64,000 nucleotides of DNA from Guillardia theta CCMP2712 (taxonomy: Eukaryota; Protista; Cryptophyta), in contig NW_005434668.1 of NCBI RefSeq assembly GCF_000315625.1, forward strand, positions 969,570 to 1,033,569, in the 5' to 3' direction. The translations under genes and the position numbers were made by a program. Every line of letters starts with the position of its first letter. Within the stretch, counting starts at the first letter, position 1. Of the stretch, positions 34,513 through 44,368 are shown piece by piece. The notes beneath the pieces are model-generated. The model worked only from the letters and a program-made list of their open reading frames with translations, was not told the DNA's origin and did no database searches.

Positions 34513-36195
34513 ATGAGCAATCGAGAGAAGTTAGCTCGGCAATCCTTTCAGGTCTTCTGATCTTGAGCGTCTGATGTTAGCTGATCGATGTGATCCCTCG
34601 CCATCTTTCAGGATTTGTTTCCTATACTCTCAATGGACGAGAGACAATCGCTCGTGCAGATGTTCGAGAAAAACTCCAATCGGACCTTGACCGATGACTC
34701 TGAGGTGCCTGAACGTCTTGCTGACAAGTTTCTCTGTCCTGCTGTCTCACTCCTCCTTCCTCGGTTGTGCCGCAGATCCCTCGCAAGATTCATCAACTTG
34801 CGCTCGCCAAAGGAAGGACAGATATCGCCACCTCCATTGCCAACGCCTTTCCTGCAGTGAAAAGCTTCGCGACTCCTCAGCTGTACGGTCAGGCTGCTCC
34901 TCAACCTCAGCGAAGCTCGATCATGCCCGCTCAGCAGTACCGGCAGACGCCTGGAGCAGCTCCTGTCCAGCCCATGGCCTCAGGGCATGCACTGGGGTTT
35001 CAACAATCGCAGGGAGCGATGCAAGGAGGAGGGTATCAACCACCTACCAACCTCGGTCAACAGATGCATCATGGGCTGCAACCTTACCAGCAGCAGAGCG
35101 TCACATCCGCTGCCTCCAGCACCCTGCCGGCTGCCGGCCTCCCTCATACCACCGGCCTTACCCATCAAGGGCATACCGACACTTCGATACCGGCAAATCA
35201 GGAGGCGGGGAAGGCAGATGACGCCAATGCTGGCAAGAAGGACAAGGAGAATGAAGCTGAAAACGCTGCAAAGAAGGCGAAGGTTGATTATGATGTGCAC
35301 TGGCGTAGAAAGTTCCTGACCAGCAGAATTTGCTCACAGGAAGCTACCAAGGAGGAGTTCAACACTGATATCTTGAACAACATGGATTTGGAGAGGGAAC
35401 AGGCCGTTCTCGAATCCGTATATCAGTACAAACCATCTACTAAGTTCTTGTAAGTGACGATCATGTTGTCGGGCGTGAAAGTGGCCCGAGTGATGGCCTG
35501 CTGCAGGTGCAATGACGTACCGTTTCTCAACTATGAAAAGGTCGACGGCGATAGGAGCGGACCGCTGATCAACCGCATGAAGCAGATCGTTGGTGGTCAC
35601 GAGCAGGTGGGGAGAGTGAGGAAGGAAGAGGCGAGGGGATGATGAGCATGCAGGCGATCCAACAAGTTGAGAACTCCGCCATCGATCTCTTGTCGGTAGC
35701 GTGTGAGATGGTGAGTGGACTTGTCCGGTGTTTGCTCATCTCATGTGTTGCGGTTTACAGCATATCAGAACGATGTGCCACCGGCTCTTCGACCTCTACC
35801 AACATCGCAAGGGCAGACACACTCCCACCCTCCACTTCCACCAGGAGCCAGAAGGCGATATAGAACCTGGTTGCCATGCGAACTGGGAGGAGCAGGTGAA
35901 GGAGAGGAGGGGCGTCAAGGCTGCTGCGCAGCACGACGGTTCTGCCATGGAGGGCGCAGGAGGTGAGGCTGCAGGGGGGGAGGAAAGGTCTGGGAGAAGA
36001 TCGATCGATCTGCTGGACATCCTTTACGTGCTAGAGCGCGAGGTACATTCGTCTCCTCCTCGACTCCTCCTCTGACGCGACTTGTCTCAGCGAGGAGCGG
36101 GCTTGAAGAAGATCCTTCACCGCAACTATGCCCGGGTCGACCCTGCGCTGCTTGACTTACGTGTCGGGAAGAGAAGGCGGACGTCGGCTGAATGA
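34513..36195 (+). CDS. TAF4: TFIID subunit TAF4-like (Q/P-rich linker, histone fold, C-terminal conserved domain)
   Basis: PFLN..LINRMKQIV..IDLLSVACE..IRTMCHRL..HR histone-fold-like segment and IDLLDILYVLERE C-terminal motif. Start approximate. Confidence 0.6.
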
Positions 36196-36226
36196 ATGTA
36201 AACACCTCTCACCCCCGCCATTGCGA

Positions 36227-36296
36227 CTCCCTCTATCCTCGCATCATCGATAGACACGAATCTCCCTCTATCCTCGCATCATCGATAGACACGAAT
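36227..36296 (+). repeat. perfect 35-bp tandem duplication
   Basis: ctccctctatcctcgcatcatcgatagacacgaat occurs twice in tandem. Confidence 0.95.
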
Positions 36297-36548
36297 TCCA
36301 TGCAATATCCTTGGATGCTTCCCCCTTTCATCAGGGACAAGACATCAGCATCTATCCTCCTCGTCTCCCCTCCCCTCCCCTCCCCTCCCCTCCCCTCCCC
36401 TCACCTCCCCTCTCTTTCTCCTCGCTTCATCGCTCTCCCCTCCCCTCCCCTTCCCCGTCCATCAAACGTTCCTCACTGTCCCCCCCGTTCCCCCGTTCCC
36501 TCCCTTCCTGTATCCGTCGCCCGCCTCCCCGCCACTCTCCGCTACCCT

Positions 36549-36554
36549 TATAAA
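36549..36554 (+). promoter_or_regulatory. putative TATA box
   Basis: TATAAA ~60 nt upstream of the WDR76 ATG in an otherwise C-rich context. Confidence 0.4.
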
Positions 36555-36614
36555 GGCGGAGACTCTCGCGCTCCCGGCCCTTGTTATCATCGCAGACAGG
36601 GAGAGCGGGAGACC

Positions 36615-38159
36615 ATGGGCGTCGCCAGGAAGCGTTCACGAGCTCTTGCTGTGGAGGAGGTGCAGGAGAAAGAGATGGTGGAGGTGAAGGAGAAGGGGAA
36701 GAAGGGGAAGAAGGGGAAGAAGGGGAAGGAGGTGAAGGAGGAGGTGGAGGAGGCAGCAGGCGAGAACGACTACGAGGAGAGGAGGAAGCTGAACATCGCA
36801 AGGAACCAGGAGATCCTGTCCTCCCTCATGATCCAGCAGGAGAAGCTGGCGATGGAAGAGCTCAAGACCAAGGAGGCCCCCAAGAGGTTCCAGAAGAAGG
36901 AGAAGAGCGCCCCGTCCGAGCCCCATCCCCTCAGGCGATCAACCCGTGGCAAGGTGCAGGAGGAAGGCTCCAAGGACGGAGAGCATAAGGTGGTAGAGCA
37001 GCCGGCAGAGACGAAGGATGTGAAGACGCTGGAAGACATCGATATGAGATCACCGGCCAGCTGTGTCGCTGATGTGACCGGCGAGGAGCTGACCGTCTTC
37101 CACGAGAGCGTGAGGGACCGAGGAGAGGTCAAGCGCGTCTCGCACTCGGATGGACGAGCTTACCATGCCAAGCTCAAGGCTATGGCACTGAGCAGCCAGG
37201 ATTCCGTCACCTCCCGCCACCCTCCCTCCCGGGTCAAGGTCGTCAAGGAGCGAATTTTCTCAATGGCCTTCCACCCAGGGCGCAAGGCGCTGGTTGCTGC
37301 TGGTGACAAGTGGGGACAGGTCGGGTTCCTCGACATCGGGTCGGATGCTGCTGCCTCCTCCTGGAGCGAGCGAGTGTTCGTGTTCCGCCCGCACATCCGC
37401 CCAGTCACCAGCCTACTACACGACAAGGAGGGCAGCAGGATGTGGTCGTGCAGCTACGACGGGTCTGTGCGATGCCTGGACTACAGCAAGGGATGCTTCT
37501 CGTGCATCTTCGACTCGGACGAAGTGATGTTCACTGACCTCGGCATGAGCTGCGATGGCAGGACTCTGCTCGCCGCCACCAACGATGGGGACCTCTTCCT
37601 CCTAGACCCTACAGGCAGCAGGAGCAGGGAGCCGCTCTCTGTCCTTGACGTGCATGAGAGGAAGGTTTCATCCGTCCACTTCCATCCTACCGACCCCAAC
37701 CTGTTCGTGACCGCCAGCAACGACCAGTCAGTCCGGCTCTGGGACCAGCGCAAGGTGGTACGCTCGAAGCCGCTGGGCTCGCTCAGCCATGGCCTCGGAG
37801 TTACCTCCGCCTTCTTCGCTCCCTGCGGCTCGGGCAAGGTTGTCACGACCTGCAACGACAACTACATCAGGATCTGGGACTCCAAGAAAGAAGACAAGGT
37901 AGTGAAGGTGAAGCACAACAACGAGACGGGTCGCTACATCACCAACTTCCGAGCCTTGTGGGACCCAAAGTCGTCCGACACGATCGTAGTCGGAAGCATG
38001 AACAAGAATCTTGACATCATCGCGGCTGACGGCTCCTACGTCGCCTCGATCTCGGATGACAACTGTACGGCGATTCCTGCGGTCAATGCCATCCATTGCT
38101 CCCTTGACTTGATCGCCTCTGGCAACGGCTCGGGATACGTCAACGTATGGCATTGTTAG
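36615..38159 (+). CDS. WDR76: WD repeat protein 76 / DNA damage-binding CMR1, intronless
   Basis: YEERRKLNIARNQEIL N-terminal motif, VKVVKERIFSMAFHP..LVAAGDKWGQVG, HNNETGRYITNFRALWDP and AIPAVNAIH. Confidence 0.9.
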   Translation: MGVARKRSRALAVEEVQEKEMVEVKEKGKKGKKGKKGKEVKEEVEEAAGENDYEERRKLNIARNQEILSSLMIQQEKLAMEELKTKEAPKRFQKKEKSAPSEPHPLRRSTRGKVQEEGSKDGEHKVVEQPAETKDVKTLEDIDMRSPASCVADVTGEELTVFHESVRDRGEVKRVSHSDGRAYHAKLKAMALSSQDSVTSRHPPSRVKVVKERIFSMAFHPGRKALVAAGDKWGQVGFLDIGSDAAASSWSERVFVFRPHIRPVTSLLHDKEGSRMWSCSYDGSVRCLDYSKGCFSCIFDSDEVMFTDLGMSCDGRTLLAATNDGDLFLLDPTGSRSREPLSVLDVHERKVSSVHFHPTDPNLFVTASNDQSVRLWDQRKVVRSKPLGSLSHGLGVTSAFFAPCGSGKVVTTCNDNYIRIWDSKKEDKVVKVKHNNETGRYITNFRALWDPKSSDTIVVGSMNKNLDIIAADGSYVASISDDNCTAIPAVNAIHCSLDLIASGNGSGYVNVWHC

Positions 38160-38404
38160 ATCTGCGTGTCATTTTCAGCGCGTTGGGGGGGAAATGTGAG
38201 TGAAGTGAAATAGTCTTGCTGGTTGTGAAATAGAAGATGAGAGGGGTTAAAGGAATTTGATTTCGCTTCTTGGTTTGTTCGTATGCACAAGGAAATATAA
38301 AATTGTAAGCTACATGTCTACTCGTCTCTCGTCCTCACTCGCATCAAATCCCCCAAAGTGCAGTAAGCAACAAGAAAACAATTTAGTCGGGATGGTGGGA
38401 AGAA

Positions 38405-39585
38405 CTAGACCTCATCAGTCTTTGGCAGGACGGAGAGAGCATGCTGTTTGAGTATGACCGTCTCTCGTCTTATCACCCAGGCGCACACGATCGATAGCGT
38501 TTCAAGAAACAAGATCACGACAGTCGCGATGAAGACCGGCGAGCTGGCATCCCCCACAAATGCTTTGAGGCACTTGGACGTGGTTATGCACTGGCTGCTC
38601 TTCTTCGCATCGCACATCCCCGATGGAAGGCAGCAGTCCAGCCCGATCGTCTCACTCAGGGTGGGGATGCAAGTGTTGTTCCAGGAGCAGGCAGGATGGT
38701 AGACGACGGTGTTGTTGGACGACGTTGTGTTGGCAGCAATGCAGGCGTGAGGTATGAAGTCTTGGAGGTACATCTGCAACAGAGCCGTCAGAGAGGAGCA
38801 GATGCAAGCACGGAGCATGATCGCACCCAGTTGAAATCTTGATATTCTTGATCCAAGACAACCAGAAGATCTTTCGGGACCTTGTCCAATCTCTTGAGCA
38901 GCATGATAGCTGTGGCGAACGCCAAGATCTGCATGATCACGACAAAGCAGACTGCAAGTACGTATCCGCACAACCAGGAGGGTCTCCGACTGATGGCTCC
39001 CATGAACCCCAGCCCCGATGTCACAATGGACAGAACTCCCAGGACGATCAAGACCGAGGAAGGAGCGAAGAAGTAGGAAGGAATGTTCGACCTGCCTGTC
39101 GCACAATCGCACACCGGAGAGACGCTACTGCAGAACGGCATCCCCAGACACGATGGGTCTGAGCATTCCTGATAGCAGTAGTGCTTGAGGGCCAGCTTCA
39201 GCTTGCTGCTCATGTGCTGACCTTTCCTCATGGATATCGAACCCATTCCAAGGAAAATGCAACCGATGAGAAATATCAGCACAGCGTCCGCACCAAGGAA
39301 GAAGAGGGCCCAACATAGGCGAGACCGACGAGGACGTGAATCGGCATGAGGATGCTCGGCGTCGCCTTTCGCCGCTCCTCCCTCGCGCTCGTCCTTATCG
39401 TCCGAATGCTGCGTGTAGTCTCCCCTGGATTTTGCAGGTGCCTCGGGCCTTGCAGGTGCCTCGGTGGAGGAGAGGTGTGAATGCCCCAACGATTCAATGC
39501 TGATGTGATTGAGCGTAACTTCCATGTCTCTGCTCGTGAGATGAGCCGATGACATCTCGACGTCCATGTTGGAGTTGGTCGGCAT
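38405..39585 (-). CDS. tetraspanin-like four-TM protein (2 exons)
   Basis: Four hydrophobic helices, the TM2-TM3 signature GLGFMGAISRRPSWLCGY, and a Cys-rich large loop containing DCCL. Confidence 0.75.
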
Positions 39586-40902
39586 GACTGACCTACCGCC
39601 TTGTTTTTAACACCAGGAACAGTTTCCAATACCAGCAACTGCCAAGGGCCCAGCTAGGATAAGTGGTTCTGCTGAAAGCTTTCAGATCATAGGCTCTTGC
39701 AAGCGATGCTCTTCATTCTCCTGATGTGAACAAGCCCTTCATGCAGAATCCTGCCACAGACAACAATGAGCACAAGTAAGCGACCATCAGCAGCGCAACT
39801 AGCCTAGTCTGAAAGCTTCTGAACCTTGGCTATCATCAGGTTTGAATCAACAAGATAACATACATGTTTCAGCAAAATCATCTGGTAACAAAACTGCTTC
39901 ACTCTGTGATTGAACTGACCCGAACACCCCTTTCCCCCCGCGCGCTTCCTCATTGACGACATAATACACACAGGACCATGCTTACACCATATCCACCTCT
40001 ACTACAAGACACCTTTGCTCTCCTCTTCCTCCTCTCCTCTTCCTCCTCTCCTCTCGCGGCTCATCCTCCTCTTCCACCCCATTGCACAAGCTTCAACGAC
40101 ATGGCACTGTGCCGAAACTTTCCCCCAAGATCACCCCACCCCTTACGTACCATTTGTTAGATACCTGTCAATTATACCCCCTCATTCCCATTGATGTACC
40201 CCCTTCTTGGTCATGCTAGAGTACCCTACCCATCTTAAAATAAACTTCCACAATATTGACTATATGGCCAAAAACTCAACCATAATTGACTAAAACAAAA
40301 GGCAGTACCCCTGTTTTTTTACATGTACTATCCCACCATTCCCCAAGTATTGAGGACCCCACCTTTTCACCCACCCCACCCCATAGAACATTTCGAATCA
40401 CCCCTACTGTTCCTGCCATCCCTCCATCTCTTCACCCACCCGTCCTCATGAATATTTGGAACCACCCCTACCTTTCTCCTCCAAATTGAGTTTGTACCCC
40501 ACCATACCCATGATAAACTGTAACTTCGATGCTACCCCTCCTCTTCCCCGATCTTTGTGCCTTATCCTATGGTAGGGTCATATGACCCCTCATCGTCCGG
40601 CGAAACGGGCTGACCCGAGCACCTTACTGAAAGTTAAGTTAAAGTTAAGACTACCAGATTTTGATTTTTTAACTTAACTTTGAGTAAAAGGGGAGTACCG
40701 TACTCAGAGGCCCGGGCAGGCCCGGGGGCCTCACAGCGTCCGGACTGTAGGAATGCGACTAGTCAATTGTCGGGTGAAAAATGGCGGACAGGGGAAAGTG
40801 AAGAGAAGGGAGTGGGAGACAAGGACGAGGAGAGAGGAGAGAGGAAGGGAAGTAGATCGTTGTTTGATGGGTGAAGGAATCTAGAGGAAGAGGAGAATGC
40901 AG

Positions 40903-43900
40903 ATGTTAAAGAATCTACTTCATGCCATGATCTTTGTTCGGGTTGTGTGGGCACATGGAGGCTCGGGTTGCTCAGGTACGTGGGAAAGCAAGATGTTTGC
41001 GCATTGAGAACGATCCAGCCAATATCCACTCATGTGATGAGATGTGGTTTACACAACTGGTCGACCATTCAAGTTGGAGTGATATGGTGATCATATTGTG
41101 CCAGTGACGATGTTAGTAACTCTGTACAGGCAACCTATCGGCAAAGATATTTCGTTTGCAAGTGCGATCAGGCGTCTGTGAGAATCACGGTAGGTCAGAG
41201 CTCTAAAGCTCATTGACTGCTCTGCCCATAGGATGCGACGAAGAAGCTTCAGACAATTTTTTTCTACTTTGGGAACGAGGACTCAGTGGAGCTGTGAGAG
41301 TTGGCTGGCTAGAATCTCCTTGACTTGTCATGTTGCCCAGCTACGTCAACAACACAGGGCTGATGTGGGAGTCAGCTAGTGAGTTCGATGCCGTCATGGT
41401 CTTCTTAGAGCATCGGTATTACGGCAAGGTCCAACTTTCGCATCTCATCTCGGCTGTGCCTGACATGCTGCGAATCTCCTTCTGATGCAGTCCGTCTTGT
41501 TCGAACCAGGACGAGAAGGTAGTCTGCAAGACATTCGCGTTCTCTTGCTGGCCGCGAGCAAGTGTGACCAAGGAAGGCAGGTTGTATGGAGTTTCTTACC
41601 ACCGATCAAGCGCTCCTCGATGCGTCTCAGTTCCTGAGCACTCTGAAAGCAAACCCGAAGGAAATCCTCCCCAAGAAGATAAGCAAGAAGCCAGTAGGAC
41701 CCATCATCGGCTTCGGAGGAAGCTACGGGGGAATGATCGCGTCTTGGTTCCGGATGCGCTTTCCTCATGTGAGTCCGAGCAGGGGACATTTAGAAAGCGT
41801 GTGACGTCCTCCCCTCAAGCTGATCGATGGAGTTATTGCTGGATCCGCGCCCATCCTCTCCTTCGAAGGTCTTCGCCCAGCCTACGACAACGGAGGATAC
41901 ATGCGGGTTGTCACCCAAGATGCATCCCCGTTGTGCGCTAGAAACTTCCTGCGGGCTCAGAAGGCTGTCTACTCAGTATCACAGTCGGAGGAGGGGAGGG
42001 AGTTTCTGAAGGAGGCGCTGCTCCTGTGCGTGCCTCCTGCCGCATGGCGACAAGCAGTCCTGACGGGTGCTGTCAGGTGTGAAGACTTTGCGAGGGAAGA
42101 GATTTTGGTTCTCGCTCCTCCCATGCTCCCTTCGTCTTATGCTCTGCAGAATCTTATCTCCTGGATGCAAGACCCCTGGTCCTTCCTGGCCATGGGCGAG
42201 TACCCGTACAGCTCCTCCTACCTCACGCACGGTTGCTCCCTTCCCGCCTCCTTCCTTCCATCTTTACTCGTCCCATCCCTCATACTGTCAAGGACTACTT
42301 CGCCTCTCTCTTCCACTTGTTCCATCTGTTGTTCTTAATTCGTCTTTGCGCTCTGTCTCCTTCCTCCGCGTTGACGTTTGTTTCATCAGGAAAATGCAAT
42401 TTACCACCCAAGCCGCTGAGCTTTGCCTGCCAATATCTTGAGATGTACAGTGATGATGGGATAACATACAGTGATGTTTGTTGCAACAGACAGGCAAAAT
42501 CGATCGATTTGCCCGAATTGTTGAACGCGAGTGAGTGAAGCCAACCGATTGATGGTGTTTGTTGACATGTTGGGTTTGACAATAGCAAGATATGCTCTTG
42601 GAGTTTTCTACAATTGCAGTCAGGTAGATGATGAATCTGCTTCCCTGATTGCTCGACGGCCCGTAATCGCAGCAACATACTCACAGCTCAAACTTCTTTT
42701 CCCCTGTGATGAAGAACTGCAGGACGTTCAATGCTTCTTCAATGGGAACAGCAAACAAATGCAGATTCCAAGAAAGATGGGGTCCATAAAACGATTTCAT
42801 TCAAAGGAAGGCAGGAAGAAAGCGGAGGGAGCTGACCTGAGTTGTGTTGGTGACTGGGGATATCAATGGTGCACGGAAATGTTTCAACCCTTCTCAAACA
42901 ATGGCATCGATGATATGTAGAGCTATACTTCTCGAGCTATACTTCTCTTGCTTTCCTTCTTCTTGTTGCACTCCTTTCCTCCTCCTCCTTTCGGCTCCTC
43001 GTTCTGCACTTCTGTGTTCCCCTCCTCCTCCTCCTCCCCTCTCGTTCCTCCTCCTCGCTGTTCTCTCCTCCTCCTCCTCCTCCTCCTCCTTGCTCATCGT
43101 TGCCATACCATCTCCCCTCCCGTCGCCTACCTTCTCCTTCTCAACAGTGAAACAGGTTTTGGCCTCCTCACCTCTGGAATGCTGAAAGTGCGATCGCGGT
43201 GAGCGATGATAACGCTCGTGTGGAACGTTTGAGAATTTTCCCAGGGTTGCAAGGAGGCCTGGGGAGTGAAACCACGGTCGCACTGGGCAGTTGTGAGGTA
43301 AAGTGGACAGGAGGATCGAACATGGTGTCGCACATGATATGTCAGCTCGTGAAGTTGGTGACCAAAGTTGTTTGACATGTAGTCTCGACCTGTAGGTTCG
43401 GTGACAGAGACCTTTCCGCTGCCTCAAACATCTTGTTCTCCAACGGCCTTCTCGATCCATGGTGAACTGACTTGTTCTTATTTCGTCGCTTCTTACTTTC
43501 CTTGCAGGTATGTTGGAGGTGTTCTTAAAAACGTCTCAAGCAACGTTAGAGCGGTCTGTACTTAGAACCAGACAATACACGATCATGAAAATCACATGAT
43601 GATGATGATGACGACGACGATGATGATGATGGAGATGATGGCAATGATGGAGATGATGATGACGATGATGGAGATGATGATGATGGCAATGATGATGATG
43701 ATGATGATGATGATGGCAATGATGGAGATGATAATGATGACGATGATGATGACGATGGAGATGATGGCGGTGATGATGATGATACAAACAGATTGTTCTC
43801 GAGTCCGGTGCGCATCACCTTGACTTCATGTTTTCCAACCCCCTGGACCCGCCAGAAGTTGTTGAGGTATCAACAAAACTCTCTTATGGCAAGTTGTCAT

Positions 43901-43975
43901 TCATCATAACAGGCGAGAAAGGCGGAGAGAAATTTTATCCGAGACCTTGTGAAAGCTCATAACATGCAACGATGA
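40903..43975 (+). CDS. PRCP: serine carboxypeptidase S28 (lysosomal Pro-X carboxypeptidase-like), many exons
   Basis: WFTQLVDH, TYRQRY, IFFYFGNE, LEHRYYGKS, GGSYGGM (nucleophile Ser), SAPI, LFSNGLLDPW and GAHHLD. Confidence 0.92.
43597..43783. repeat. (GAT)n-type trinucleotide microsatellite inside a PRCP intron
   Basis: Direct reading; flanked by a GT donor (~43555) and an AG acceptor (~43790). Confidence 0.9.
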
Positions 43976-44368
43976 TGCAAATTACTCCGCATTGATTACA
44001 ACTTTGCGTCTGAAAGATCAATCTCAGAGATCAATCTCTTTTCGAGAAATATCTCAGGTTGTCTGATTCTTGTCGACAGCAGAAGAAGCTGAGATTGTAC
44101 ATTTGCCATGTGAAAGCTCTCAGACGTTCTCACTTCTCAACCTCCCCTTTCTCCTCAACTTCCACCATCTTCCGCATTCGCCTTCTCGTTTCATCGACAG
44201 GACAGAAATCTCTGAATTCATTTTCAAATTTCTCGTACACATCCACAAACTTACTCTATTCCATTCTTACCCTTCAGCTTTCGCTAGCAAAGAGGAGAAA
44301 AATTCCGAAGTCCATCATACTCGTCGTCATAATCATCGTCAAGTTTCAGTTTGCATGCTCCTCTCGCT

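Noticed and set aside
36192-36614. Proline-rich N-terminal extension of the 655-aa WD40 ORF
   Set aside because: It is stop-free C-rich promoter sequence; a TATAAA and the ATG at 36615 fit the real start better.
43536-43823. Poly-His, poly-Met and poly-Ser ORFs
   Set aside because: Translations of an intronic (GAT)n microsatellite within the PRCP gene.
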